From contig OX597831.1 in assembly GCA_951406725.2 (NCBI GenBank), positions 57,536,001 to 57,600,000 of the forward strand: a stretch of 64,000 nucleotides of DNA, in the 5' to 3' direction. Positions 38,931-53,830 of the stretch are shown in pieces (position 1 is the first letter of the stretch; every line of letters begins with the position of its first letter). Made by a program: the position numbers and the translations under genes. The stretch comes from Octopus vulgaris (Eukaryota). The notes beneath the pieces are model-generated. The model saw only the letters and a program-made list of their open reading frames with translations. It was not told the DNA's origin and searched no databases.

Positions 38931-39956
38931 TTGTGTGTCTGTGTTTGTCCCCCTAGCATTGCTTGACAACCGATGCTGGTGTGTTTACGTCCCCGTCACT
39001 TAGCGGTTCGGCAAAAGAGACCGATAGAATAAGTACTGGGCTTACAAAGAATAAGTCCCGGTGTCGATTTGCTCGACTAAAGGCGGTGCTCCAGCATGGC
39101 CGCAGTCAAATGACTGAAACAAGTAAAAGAGTAACTGAGAAGTTATTATCAGATCTAGACTACTTTTCTGTAAATATGTGGAAAAAGTGAACGCCTCGAC
39201 TAGCACCTTATTCTAAAATACAAGAACGACTAAGAATTCCTAAGTACTTGGTGTTTCCAGTATCGCTCCAACCCTCCGACCGATTTGCACAAAAAGAAAA
39301 AGAAAGAAAGAAAAGCAAACAAATCATAATGTTTGCTCTTGTTGAGTAAACCAGCCAGTGCCTGCCTGTTTCATAATCACTTTTAACTTGTTTTTGGTAC
39401 CAAGTTCCGTTGAAATGACGTCCCGTTTCATCGTTCGTAAAACTGTCAAAATTATCTTTAAGATCAGGCTGACAAGGGCCTTACTCAAGAAGTGCACGCA
39501 TGAGCTCAGGTGTTACAGGTGTTTCACAAAGCAGGTGTGAATCTGTTGGGTATTCCATAGATGAGTCAATGATAGCACATAGTTTTACTTTGTTATCCTC
39601 GTCCTCTGGACTATCGTTTGCAGAAGGGTTTACGTTTTCTAGGGGACCCAATTCCACACCCTGTGCATCCACAGCAGCCTGAGTTTTGTCACCGGTCCCC
39701 CCACGTCTTTAGAAGGTTCCATTTCAGGAGCAACCATTACGGATCGGGCACCGTATCCATCACCTGGGGTGTTGGTAGCTAGTAAGTCTACAGAGCGTTC
39801 CACCTCTAGGGGAACAGTAGACCTCGTGTGTTTGCCGAACGAAACGTTGGCGTTCAATCTTTGACATTTTGACGATTTTTTCTTTCGATTTGCAACTTCA
39901 CTCCTTTTCTCTCTGTCCTACCCAGATAGATTCTTCTTGTGTGTTTCTTTTCCATG
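38560..39956 (-). pseudogene. Internally deleted hAT (ZMYM1-like) transposase relic interrupted by a SINE
   Basis: LLE*GPCQPDLKDNF...GRHFNGTWYQKQ...GRHWLVYSTRANIMIC (TTF-type Zn-finger region) is followed closely by VF*NKVLVEAFTFSTYLQKSSLDL and FKQTDNEANELAQKCVISTEYR (C-terminal hAT region). Stops and frameshifts are present. Confidence 0.72.
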
Positions 39957-40359
39957 GTATTCCTAACCAGAAAAATATCTATGATTGCTTTTCTAAACAA
40001 ACTTAATAAGCAAGCAATGAAATAACACTCTCATAATAAAACGAAAACAACACATAAATTTGCCATTGCAATATATAAATGACAGTAGCCTGCAAATAGA
40101 CAATCGTAGACTCTATGTGTTTTATGAGGATGATGTTGCTGTGTCGTATAAGAAGTTCATGAAGCAATTATATGGGATCTTTTCATTTTGAAGGCCAGAT
40201 TTTCCTAGTTAACTAAAAAATTGGAAACTTCGTATACTGGTAGAATGTGTAAAAAGAAAACATTATTATAAACAAAATTGTTATTCGTAACTTAAACGTA
40301 GTTTAATTTTTGTTTTGTCTATGCCAAAACATACAGTATCAGCGTGTGACAAGAATATA

Positions 40360-40680
40360 TTATAATAATTAGATTTGGGGCAATGATCCTTGATTCAACC
40401 TTGACTTTGACGTCTGGTTGGGAAGAGCAAACGGTCAAAGTATCGGTCGCTCTCTGATAGGTTAATGGTCGAGCTTGTGGCAGAAGAGACCTCTTGGTCG
40501 CCCCCAGGACCATATCCCTGATTATCACTATCGAAGCGGAGACAGCTATCTACAAGTCAGAGTGGCTCTTCCAGTGCATTTCTCTCGCCATCCTCCGGAG
40601 AAACGCCTACGCCTTTTCCATTTTGTCTGCTGGGACCATGAGGCCATCTGAATTGCAGGAAATCGAGAGAATATAAGAAT
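40360..40680 (+). mobile_element. CRE-clade (RLE) non-LTR retrotransposon 3' fragment
   Basis: SEWLFQCISLAILRRNAYAFSIL resembles the CRE C-terminal FLFQRISIAIQRGNA motif. A homologous copy lies at 41880-42080 (GILGPRTISLLTAIG...RISLAILQDS). Confidence 0.6.
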
Positions 40681-42547
40681 TTCGTAGTTTACTACCCGTA
40701 GTTAGTCTGTATCTAACAAAACACTTCATCATAGCCACCATGACTTCCAGTTTTCAACATATGAGTTGCATAAATGCACGCTCATTTCTGATATATTAGG
40801 CAAAATATTTCATTAGTTAAACGTAACTGTATTCTACATTCATTAATTTCAAGTTTCTGTAACAATGTCATTGGGGATAAAACTTACAACTACTGACATA
40901 GGTGTGACGTGAACATGAAACTCCACGGGATCGTCCAGTGTCAAGAAGCTATGACGTCAGGATTTGTTTTGGTTCTTCAGATGTCAGTGACCACCGACAC
41001 ATCACAGGAGATTGAACTAACAGGTTCAAAAACACGGGAGGTTGGCCTGATAAACACATGTTTACAACGTCAGAAAACAGCACAGCTCCCATGACTTTGG
41101 GAAACATTTTTTCACGCTAAGAGTTGCTGAAGCATGGAACAAGCTGCCGGTATCAGTTGTTAGTTGTCGGAGCATTGCATCCTTCAAAACTTCCATGCTT
41201 CCTGAGATTCGCCAACACTACACCTGATTTTCTCCCCTCCATACACACACAAGCATGTATCTGACTCATACACTGTTCACTTTCCAGAGATTTGTACATT
41301 ACTGCATATGCTTTATACACACTTTTGACAAGTTGTGGTGCACCTGAGCACTGTATACAATAATTTCATTATTATTAAAGTAGTGTCCCCAGAAAGTTCT
41401 TTCCAAGGCCGTGAGATTAAAACACGCGCACGCACACACACATACATAATCACACATGCACACACACAGGTGACGGGCTTCTAAACAGTTTCCGTCTACC
41501 ATATTCACTCACAAGGCATTGGGCTCGGGACTTTAGTATAAGACATGTGCCCTAGGTGCTGCACTGAAGGACTGAATCCAAAATCACCCGTTTGCAAGGC
41601 TGGCTTCTTAACCTCAGTCATATATAAGTTTTAATAGCGCTGTTTTCTCAAATATTTTTTTTTTTTTCTGAGCAGATGTGGTCCCGGGAACATTTTGAAG
41701 GGAGGGCACAAGGTCAGAAGGGAATACAATTCCAGGAGAAAAGGGCGTTATAACACTTTTTAGAAGAGCGCACTTCTTTTCTTGAGTGGGGGGGGGGTGT
41801 ACCCTCATCCCCGACCCATCGGTCCTTTGGGTCCACCCCTGCTTAGGTTCTGGGTAAAACCTGTAATAGTGAAGAATATGAAGATATAGTCCGGGGGGGC
41901 ATTCTTGGCCCCCGGACTATATCTTTGCTCACCGCTATTGGGACGGAGATGGCTGTCGGCAGGTGCGGGCCCTGTGAGTCAGAGTGACTATTAAAGTACC
42001 GCATCTCCCTCGCCATCCTCCAGGACAGCACCTTTTTCTTTTGTCTGCTGGGACTATAAGGCTGTCTGACTTATAGGAACTTGTAAGTTCCACACCTAAA
42101 TGTAAAGTTACAACCTAGCATGGACTCACTGTTTCCATGTGATTGTTAAAGTAAAACATCTTTGAAAACCTTGGGTAAAGTAAAATACTTTCCGTCTAAC
42201 AAAAGAGTAAGAGTCAAGACTATTGAAAAGGTGGCAAGACGCAACGAAAATTTTAGGGAAATAAAAATTAGAAATGTGGAAATTTTACCGGTGGAGTGTG
42301 TTACATTATAAGACACAAAAAGAAAATGACTCTTCCCAGACACAGCAAAACAGTAAGAGTTGCTTCCCTTAGACTAAAAAACTTTCTGTCGCAGTGAAAC
42401 TTCAGCCAATCTGTTCACGTGGTTATCTATTCTTTTCGGATGTGGCCAAGTACACAGGATAATATACGAAGATCCACCTGTTAATATCCAATTAATTCTC
42501 TTGAAATTATTGCCACTTATTAATCTCTATTATTTTTATATTATATT

Positions 42548-42771
42548 GGATCTTTTCGGTTTGAACGGCAGTTTTTTTTAAATAATTTCCACGTAACTAA
42601 ACACTTTTAAACTTCGTATACTGGTAGAATGTGCTTATAAAACATCTTTGGATCTTAACCCTAACCCTAAAACAGATTGAAATGCAATAGATCGATACTA
42701 GGGTCATAATTATGGGTGACAATTTCATATGACACCGCTAGAAAAAAGTGCCGTTCAAACCGAAAAAATCC
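42548..42771. mobile_element. GGATC-ended MITE (Merlin-like), internally deleted copy
   Basis: Both TIRs present; exact 8-bp TSD ATTATATT; contains CTTAACCCTAACCCTAA. Confidence 0.85.
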
Positions 42772-43183
42772 ATTATATTTTTTCCATATTATACATAAGC
42801 TTATGTCACAACGCAGTCCTTTTTTTACTTATTTATTTTACCCTGCAGCGGTGTTGTCCTGTTTTTATTTGTGTTGTTATTGTATTAAATAAAGAAATAA
42901 TTTATTTGGGGTTAATTTTAGCTTTTGAGGTCGATGAAATGAAGTACTGCTCGGTAATGAGGTCGATGTAATCAACAATTTCCCCTCACGCTAAAATTGC
43001 TGGCCTTCTGAAACAGTTATTATTTCAAATAGTTGTTATTATTACGAGTTCAAATTCCGCCGACGTCGACTTTGCCTTTCATCCTTTCGGGGTCAATGAA
43101 TTAAGTATCAGTGAAGCACTGGGGTTGATTTAATCGACTAGTCCCCTCCCCCAAATTTCAGGCCTTGTTCCTATAATAGAAAA

Positions 43184-43223
<40 letters not shown>

Positions 43224-43239
43224 TTTATTCTTCTTCTTC

Positions 43240-43272
<33 letters not shown>

Positions 43273-43834
43273 GTAGTAGTAGTAGTTAAGTACCGAAATC
43301 AGTTTAAATACTTTTCCTCCCCCAGCCCTTGCATGTTTTTATATTAGAAACCAAATCCCCACCAAAGTCAACCTTCTGTGGTAGGGTCAACGCAATCAAT
43401 TAGACCCACCTACCCTCAAAGTCAAAGTACTTGTATATATGATTTCCTTTTTAAGGGTCTGGGTTGGCAGAACATCAAACAAAATACTTTGAGATATCTG
43501 TTTTGGCTCTTTACATTCTAATTCAAACACCACCAATGTCAACTTTGCCTTTCCTCATTTCAGAAGTGATAAAAGAAAGTACCAGTCATGTCACAGGGGA
43601 CAATCTAATTGACTAACCACTTCCCACCAAATTTTAGGCCTTGAGTCAAAATTATTGGCATGATCGTGTGGTAAGTAGCTTGCTTACGAGCCACATGGTT
43701 CCAAGTTCAGTCCCACTGCATGGCACCTTGGGTAAGTGTCTTCTACTATAGCCATGAGCTAACCAAAGCCTACTATGTGGATTTGATTGATGGAAACTGA
43801 AAGAAACCTATCATATGTATACACATATACATAC

Positions 43835-43877
<43 letters not shown>

Positions 43878-43915
43878 TACATATATATATATATACACAC
43901 ACACACACATATACA

Positions 43916-43951
<36 letters not shown>

Positions 43952-43955
<4 letters not shown>

Positions 43956-44275
43956 TGCCGTCCACTCATAACTAAGGAAGACTTTGCTGACCTTCAGGAA
44001 CATTGTGCGCTCTAGGACACCAACTTAAATTTTTTCATTTGCGGCTCTGTTGGTGGCTAATGAGCCTTGCTCTTGACAAGCATGCACGACTGCAAACATT
44101 GCAAACCAAGCTTTCCTCATTCACTACACCAGCAGTGCACGTTTGAGCACTACGCTTATGTTCTTCATGCAGAATACATGTTCTCTCAAAAGTGTGGCTC
44201 CCCACTCCTTAATCTGCTTCTTCCATCTGTGGCAATGACAGGCATTGCTCTGCCAGTCAGTCTCCAGCATATCAC
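43952..44275 (-). mobile_element. RTE-type LINE 3' end with a C-terminal C2H2-like finger
   Basis: DMLETDWQSNACHCHRWKKQIKE...LVCNVCSRACLSRARLISHQQSRK*. Confidence 0.7.
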
Positions 44276-44808
44276 ATCATTGTTTAACGTCCGCTTTCCA
44301 TGCTGGTATGGGTTGGGCGGTTTGAATGAGGACTGGCAAGCCCAGGAGGATGCACCAGGCTCCATAGGTGTAGGAGTGGCTGTGTGGTAAGTAGCTTGCT
44401 TACGAACCACATGGTTCCAGGTTCAGTCCCAGTGCGTGGCACCTTGGGAAAGTGCCTTCTACTATAGCCTCAGACCGACCAAGGCCTTGTGAGTGGATTT
44501 GGTAGATGGAAACTGAAAGAAGCCCGTCGTATATATGTATATATATATGTGTGTGTGTGTGTATATGTTTGTGTGTCTGTGTTTGTCCCCCCAACATCGC
44601 TTGACAACCGATGCTGGTGTATTTATGTCCCCGTAACTTAGCGGTTCAACAAAAGAGACTGATAGAATAAGTACTAGGCTTACAAAGAATAAGTCCTGGG
44701 CTCGATTTACTTGACTAAAAGCAGTACTCCAGTATGGCCACAGTCAAATGACTGACACAAGTAAAAGAGTAAAAGGGATATATATATATATACATATAAG
44801 TATATATA

Positions 44809-45291
44809 TTGGGTCATCCCATAAATAATGTGCTTTCCTTTTTCAATTGCATGAACTAAGTCGGGGGGGGGGCAGGATAAACTACCTGCATCAATTTACT
44901 ATAAAAACAGGTAGTAATTTTACCTTGTTCTTATTCTTAGTGCAAGTTCTGAAGAGTGCAGCTCGATTTTAACAGTTATTTTTTCAAAGCTATAATGGAA
45001 GTGACAAAGGAGCATATTAGGCATATTTTGCTTTATGCATTTAATAAAGGCAACAACGCGATGTAAAGTGCAAGGAATATTAATGCATTATATGGGGATC
45101 GGACAATCAGCGAAAACTAGTGTCAATGGTGGTTCCAGAAATTCTGAGCCGGAAACTACGGCCTAGAAAATTAGCCTTGTCTTGGAAGATCTGTAGAGCT
45201 CAATGAGAATGTTCTGCAAACCCTGGTAAAACAAACAACTATCATAATTGTTGAGGAACTGGCAGAGAAGCTTGGATTTGGTCATTCAACC
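44809..45291 (+). mobile_element. Mariner transposon 5' relic (TIR + transposase N-terminus)
   Basis: TA-TTGGGTCATCCCATAAATAATG TIR. From ATG 44995: MEVTKEHIRHILLYAFNKGNNAM*SARNINALYGDRTISEN*CQWWFQKF*AGNYGLEN...EELAEKLGFGHST (Mos1/SETMAR-type HTH) with several stops. Confidence 0.88.
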
Positions 45292-45475
45292 AGTCATTCA
45301 AGTCAGTACTTATTTTTTAAAGTTTGGTACTTATTCTGTCAGTTACTTTTGCTGAACTGCTAGGTTCAGCAAAATACATCATCGATTGTCAAACAAGGGA
45401 ATGGACAAACACAAACACACATATACATAATGTATATATATTAATCTAAGTGTACAGTATTATATATCCATTACA

Positions 45476-45566
45476 GCCAATTTTACCAATCAGTTTCGCA
45501 CTAGGGGTTCAATGGAATGTTAGATAACAGCCCAATTATCTAACCTTGTGCTCTTCAGAGATGGCA
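45476..45566 (-). ncRNA. Type I hammerhead ribozyme-like motif, core intact, extended stem II
   Basis: GCCAUCU-CUGAAGA-GCAC...GUUAGAUAA/UUAUCUAAC...GUGC-GAAAC-ugauug-GUA-AAAUUGGC. Confidence 0.7.
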
Positions 45567-46719
45567 GGTATGGCTTCCACACAGTTTCTGTCTACCAAAT
45601 TCATAAATTTTGTCTATCATATTCATAAGTTCATTCATAAATCATTAGGCAGCCCAGGGCTATAGTTTGTTTGAATAAACCGTTGAAAGTGGTGCCCCAG
45701 CATGACCACAGTTCCATGATCAAAACAAGTAAAAGATTAAAGGCAAACATATCCGAATTATTTGTCTGTAATATGCATTCATCTTCAAAAGCATACCCCT
45801 AATTCTGAGCAACGAAGTGCCATTACCTAAAAAAAAAAAATGGTACTTTCATCCAAGAGGTAGGTAAAGTAAACCATGTGTAATCAAATGTCCTCTTTGT
45901 CTAGATACAAGGAATTAAAGTCAAAGACACATATGCTGATAGTCCAATATCTTAAACAATTAGATGTTTAAACTCTTTGATTGAATCTAACTCTGGACTT
46001 TAATTAACTAGTTCAGTATAAACAATTGATTAATTATTTAGCTAGGAATGTTCAAAGAATATAGTTTATGTTATGTATGTAAGAGTAGAAATTATAAATA
46101 AGAAATGCAAAGGACTGTTTGATTATTGTTACCAGTTTTTAAAAAATTTTGTTTACATCTTATCTATCTAAGGTCCACATTTACATATATATATAGAAAA
46201 ACACAAGCAAATGAGGGAGCCTCTGTATAGTCACTTGACCTACTAGAAATAGCAGCTGTTTTCCTAAATCACATTCTGTTGCCTCAAATGAGATAAGAAC
46301 ACATTACTCTTTTACTTGTTTCAGTCGTTTGACTGCGGCCATGCTGGAGCACCACCTTTAGTCGAACAAATCGACCCCAGGACTTATTCTTTGGAAGCCT
46401 AGTACTTATTCTATCAGTCTCTTTTGCCAAACCGCTAAGTTACGGGGATGTAAACATACCAGCATCGGTTGTCAAGCAATGTTGGGGGGGACAAACACAG
46501 ACACATAAACATATACACACACATACATATATATATGCATACGACGGGCTTCTTTCAGTTTCCGGCTACCAAATCCACTCACAAGGCTTTGGTTGGCCCG
46601 AGGCTATAGTAGAAGACACTTGCCCAAGGTGCCACGCAGTGGGACTGAACCCAGAACCATGTGGTTGGTAAGTAAGCTACTTACCACACAGCCACTCCTG
46701 CGCCTGTTGAATCTAGATT

Positions 46720-47640
46720 TAGAAATGACTGACCAATTCCCATATATCCTCAGTGGTTTATATCATGACAATTGTCTCCTTTATCTCCAAAATATCTCGA
46801 ATCAAAAATTACAAAATGTTAAAAATAACCTAGTTAAATTCCTCAGTAATATGGGCCTGAGTATTACCTTTGATGATGATAAAACAAAGGTTAATACACT
46901 CAGCTTAAATATAGCTTTATATTTCCCATACATAAACCTTCAACCAGCTTACACTCAACTTAAATACAGCTTTATATTTCCAATACCATAAACCTTCAAC
47001 CAATCTAAAATATATCAGTGTTTTTAGCAATCATCCTACTAATAAAACAGAAAAATTGGTTAAAAATCTATCGCTTAGAATCTCTAAATTATTCACTAAT
47101 ATTGACGTTTGCAATAATAATGTTAATGTCTATATGAGGCAGGATATAAGGAGCAAATTTAGTATTATAACCCGCTTGATCCTGGTTTAACCTCTAATAA
47201 TCTGTTTGTTAGTAGTTATACTAACTAATATAATAATAATAATAATAATAATGTTTCTCCCATAGGTAATAAATAACTCCTTATATCAAAATAGCCAAAA
47301 CCTAATTTTGGTAAACTTTAAAAATAAACAGTCTAAGGGAGGTAACTATATTTCCCCACTCATTTTCTGTAAAAATAAAAAATAAATTCAGGCTTTTTAA
47401 TGAGAAATTTCCCTATAAATCGCATGATCCTTGTAAAACTGTTTGGTTTATTATTCCATTTGGAAAACAAATTAAAAGTAACCTTCCTTACCTATTTTGT
47501 CAAACCATTGAAAGGAACTTTTCCCAAAATTCCAGGTACCACTCTATTTTCAATGCTCATCGTATCCGAATTGGTTTCTCTGACACCAATAACCTCCTGC
47601 AGACTTATATCCTTGCATAACAACTATATTCTTAACGGTA
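46720..47640 (+). mobile_element. Penelope-like element reverse-transcriptase relic
   Basis: SGLYHDNCL (YRDD-equivalent)...MGLSITF; YISVFSNHPTNKTEKLVKNLSLRISKL; TVWFIIPFGKQIKSNL...HSIFNAHRIRIGFS. These match PLE RT thumb/linker motifs. Confidence 0.8.
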
Positions 47641-48367
47641 AAAGGGTTTCACTTAATAACTGTAATAACAATAATATTAATAATGATAATCTCTCCTTAA
47701 ATAATAGTATCAATAGAAAGAGAAGGGGAAAAGAAAGAAGGAAAGGAGAAGAGTGGTACAACCATCATCATCATCATCATCACAGGAGCTGGCCAGGTAG
47801 AAAAACTACCCTATGCTAATCTGTCTGTTTTGGCAGGGTTTTTACAACTGGATGCCCTTCCAAATGCCACTTTATAGTGTGGACCAGATGTTTTTTACGT
47901 GGCACCAGCACTGGCAGGGTAACCAAGTAACTCACAAGACAAGGAATTATAAGAGAGTTTAACATATATATATATATGTGTGTGTGTACATATATATATA
48001 TACAAAATCGAAATCGATCAACATCAATGGAAATTGTAGCTGTGATACCAGTGCCGGTGGCATATAAGAGAACCATCCGAATGTGGCTGTTGCCAGCGCT
48101 GCCCCGACTGGCCTCTGTGCTGGTGGCACGTAAAAAGCACCATCCGATCGTGGCCATTGCCAGTCTCGTCTGGCACCTGTGCAGGTGGCACGTAAAAAGC
48201 ACCCACTACACTCACGGAGTGGTTGGCGTTAGGAAGGGCATCCAGCTGTAGAAACACTGCCAGATCAGACTGGGCCTGGCGCAGCCTCCTGGCTTCCCAG
48301 ACCCCAATTGAACCGTCCAACCCATGCTAGCATGAGAATCGGACATTAAACGATGATGATGATGATG

Positions 48368-48412
<45 letters not shown>

Positions 48413-49219
48413 CATATATATATATAATACACACATATATATACATAAATGTGTGTGTGTTTGTGTGTGTATGTGTGTGCGTATATACACATATATATAT
48501 ATGTATACACACACACACACACATGCCTACATACATACTGCCATACACAAACATACATACATGAGTGTTGATATATGTAAGCGTATTTTGATTTCAATTT
48601 GATTGAGATTCTGATAGTGATTTTGATTTTACTTGACTCAATAAGTCTTCTTATGCACAGCGTGTTGCCTGACGATTCAAAGGTACTTTTTAAATGGGCT
48701 GGTTATGAGACACTGGTATAGGCTAAGGCTGTGATCTCCACCCATCATTGCTTGACAATCGATGCTGGTGTGTTTATGTCCCTGTAACTTAGTGGTTCAG
48801 CAAAAGAATCAAGAGAATAAGTAGTTGGCTTACAAAGAATAAGTCATGTGATCGATTTCTTTGACTAAAATCCCTTTAAGGTGATGCTCCAGCATGGCTG
48901 CAATGAAATGACTGTAACAAGTAAAATAGTAAAAGAATACATACATACATACATATATACATACAAACATACATACATACATACATACATATGGTGGTTG
49001 TCTACTCCTTATGCAGAGTTTGACCCCCTCCTGTACCTACACCTTAGCACCATCATGGTATCTGATGTGGCTTTTTAAACCAGACAATGTTTTGAAAAGA
49101 TATCCACATAGATAGAATATCCAATTTGGACCACCAAGAGCTGCAGTTAAGTTCTGATTTTTGTGGATCTTAAAATGTCTATATGTATGTATATATATAT
49201 AGATATAGTTATCTTTGCT

Positions 49220-49252
<33 letters not shown>

Positions 49253-49496
49253 GAATACTTATACATACAACATATATACATAATACACACACACACATAT
49301 ATATACACATCTGTCTATCTATCTATCTATCTTTCTATCTATACATACATACATATATATATTTACACACACATATATAGGTGCAGGCATGGCTATGTGG
49401 TAAGAAACTTGCTTCCCAACAACATGGTACCGTGTTCAGTCCCACTGAGTAGCCTTCTGAGCAGATTTGGTAGACAGAAACTGAAAGAAGCCCGTC

Positions 49497-49538
<42 letters not shown>

Positions 49539-49749
49539 ATGTGTATGTCTTTATGTCTCTGTTTGTCCCTTCCTCCCCATCGTCTGACAACCGATGTTGG
49601 TGTGTTTACGTCCCCGTAACCTAGAGGTTCGGCTGATAGAATAAGTACCAGGCTTTCAAAGAATAAGTCCAGGGGTCGATTTCTTCGACTATAAGGTGAT
49701 GCTCCAGCATGGCTCCAGTCAAATGACTGAAACAAGTAAAAGGATAAAA

Positions 49750-50499
<750 letters not shown>

Positions 50500-50500
<1 letters not shown>

Positions 50501-50669
50501 GTACACATTCGTATACACAGGATTCAGTACGCCACATAGCTTCGTTCTAAGCCAACAGTTAATAGTAGTAGTCATCACCGTTAGAACGACCTCGACCTTG
50601 CCAACATCCGGGCACTGAATCCTACGCGCGAAATGTCCGTCTTGCCGAAGTAAACACACGGAGTTGTCG
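50500..50669 (+). promoter_or_regulatory. CpG-rich segment ending in a splice donor: candidate first exon of a plus-strand transcript
   Basis: Unusually many CpGs in unique sequence, then TCG|GTGAGT at 50670 followed by AT-rich intron-like sequence. Confidence 0.3.
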
Positions 50670-52889
50670 GTGAGTTGTCATCTTTATTGCTTTTAATTGA
50701 CTTCTAGAAAAGATATTTTCTTTATATTTCATCTCGTTATTGTTATCCCCAATGTTAGTACCAATATTTCCCCCCGTAAACGGTATCCTTCTTGTCGAAT
50801 CCTTCTGGTTTTTTTTCTTCTGTGTTCTAAAGCTATGTTACAGAACAGGCTGCAAAAAAATATAAATATAAAGAGAAAAAAAAAATGATCTAGATACAGG
50901 TAGGCGCGTATGGTTAAATAATAATAATAATAATGATAGTAATGAATAATAATAATGATAATTAAAACGAAAATGATAAAGAAAGTCTTGCCACGCCAAA
51001 ACAGTTTCTGGGTCGCACTTGCATTTCTAAAGTTCTGCTTCCACTGTTTCCTGCGATCTTTCAGAAATTGTGGGAGAATCTAGCTTTATTTTTGCCCAAG
51101 AATATTGCAGTTGTACGTTATCTGAACGACTAGATTTCTGTAATTATATGAAAAACAGCTTTTAATACCCTCTCTTCCTTTCTACATGTGTGTGTTTATT
51201 ATTTACATCTACTTTCTCATTGAGATCGATCTCCTATTATATATATATATATATATATATATTTTTTTTAATATACATTTTCGCTGGTGCTCCCCCATAC
51301 TTGTATTTCATTATTAGGACATTTGTGTTGACGTAGACTGCATCGAGCCAGATTAGATGCTTTGTGGTATTTAATATTTAGTCTCCAAATTCTGTTGGAG
51401 CTGATGTAGTCTTTTATCCCCGCCCTTTGAAGTCTAATAATATAAGTATCAGTAATACTCTGTGGATGTTCGCTTATTGTATTCTACTCCTTTCCCATTC
51501 TTTTTAAAGTTGGCTTTGTGTCTTAGATTAAAAGAAAAGTAATTAATTCCAGGGCGATAGATGTGGTGGCACAAACAGCGATGAGCCAGACTAAATAAAT
51601 ATTACACAGGTATCAAGCACAGTGTCACGCGTTTCGGTGTTCAATTCCCGCCCTAATCGACTTAACCCTCCATCATACTGGAATCTGCTATTAAACAAAT
51701 GTATTAGTTGAATTTACTCGAATATACCTATAAAATTTAACTTGTGCCTATACACGAAATAATAACCGTAAAACAAAAGAGCCTATTACTAAACATTTAA
51801 AATGTCACTAGTGATTATGGTGACAGTTGGAGTGCATGACAAATACGATGATGATATGAGAATTTGTGTTCTCTGATAAAAGTCTACTGTAAAACAAAAG
51901 AGCATTCTGTCTATATACACGTTTTGGTTTTCTTTCTGTCTTATAAAACTAATCGTGAAGAAAATGTAGTTATATAACTGAAACTATGAACTTATTTTTC
52001 TTAGAACAGTTGCTGCTTTATTATATTTGAAGCCTCTCTTGCAGGGAAATATCAATACTGAGAGGAAATGGAGTATTAAAAAAAATTGCCAACTCTGGTG
52101 TTCTAATTACCACCTTTACCCTCGCCCCTCGATTGCACACACACACACACGTATATATACATATAAATATATTTTTGTAATTATTATTAACTGTGATCTT
52201 TTGCCATTCTTCTGTATATATATATATATATACATACATGTGTATATGGCTTATCTAAGTTGGGTTGTGTGTACATGGTCTGTTGACGTCGACTGATTTG
52301 ACTGTTATTGTTATTTAACGCCTGCCTGTCAGTCGGAACAGCCCCCCATTCGCTCTCATATACAGCTACATATTGCTGAGTGAGGAAACAAATAAAATAG
52401 ATGTTCATTCTCATACATTCATACGTTGATACACTCACACACAACATGCTCTCTCTCACAAGCTCTTTCTGTCCGATACTCTCTCTCTCTCTCAGAACAC
52501 ATAACTATATACAGACTCGCTCTTTTCTGACATTCGCTCACACACAGCAATTCTCATATAGACCAACCTCACTCTTTCTCTCTTTACGCACACACTCACT
52601 TTACCTCTTGGGCGTGTTAACTCACTTACGTACAGTTGGACAGAAAAAAGAACATCATTTTACACAAACACACACACTCATATTCTTTTTCTCTGTCTGC
52701 CTCTCTTTCCGTGATCGCAGACCCTCTCGCACATTAACACCTACGCCACGCAGTTTTTACTCCTTCTTTCTATGTAGAGCGATGACGTAACCCGTAGCCC
52801 TCTCTCGTTCAGGGAAATTCAAAATATGACTATGGAACACGCATTTACCTTTTACTCACCCTGTAATTCACCTACTTACCTACCTGCCT

Positions 52890-52902
52890 ATCTATCTATC
52901 TC

Positions 52903-52942
<40 letters not shown>

Positions 52943-52943
52943 A

Positions 52944-52984
<41 letters not shown>

Positions 52985-53286
52985 AATGTATATATATATA
53001 TTTATATATATAGGTAAAAAATTTACCTATATAAATATATATATACATATATGTATGTATGTATATGTATGTATATATATATTTATATCTGTATATATGT
53101 ATGTATATATATATATTTATATATGTATAGGTGTATATATGTATGTATATATATATTTATATCTGTATATATGTATAGGTGTATATATGTATGTATATAT
53201 ATATATATTTATATCTGTATATATGTATGTATATATATATATACGTACTTGTATGTGTGTATATATATAGGTAAAATTACAGAGTA

Positions 53287-53326
<40 letters not shown>

Positions 53327-53404
53327 TTGTTTACATATATATATGTATTTGTATACATGTATATGTGTATATATATATATGTATGTGTGTATATATATGT
53401 ATGT

Positions 53405-53472
<68 letters not shown>

Positions 53473-53491
53473 GTATTTATATATATATATA

Positions 53492-53530
<39 letters not shown>

Positions 53531-53547
53531 TTATATATATATATACA

Positions 53548-53586
<39 letters not shown>

Positions 53587-53646
53587 TTATATATATATAT
53601 ACATGTATATATATATGTATATATATGTGTGTGTATTTGTATACAC

Positions 53647-53690
<44 letters not shown>

Positions 53691-53830
53691 ATACATGTAT
53701 ATGTGTATATATAGATATGTATATATATATGTATTTGTATACATGTATATGTGTATATATAGATATGTATATATATATGTATTTGTATACATGTATATGT
53801 ATATATATATATATATGTGTGTGTCTGTGT
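52890..53830. repeat. Compound TATC/TA/TG microsatellite
   Basis: Directly visible. Confidence 0.97.
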
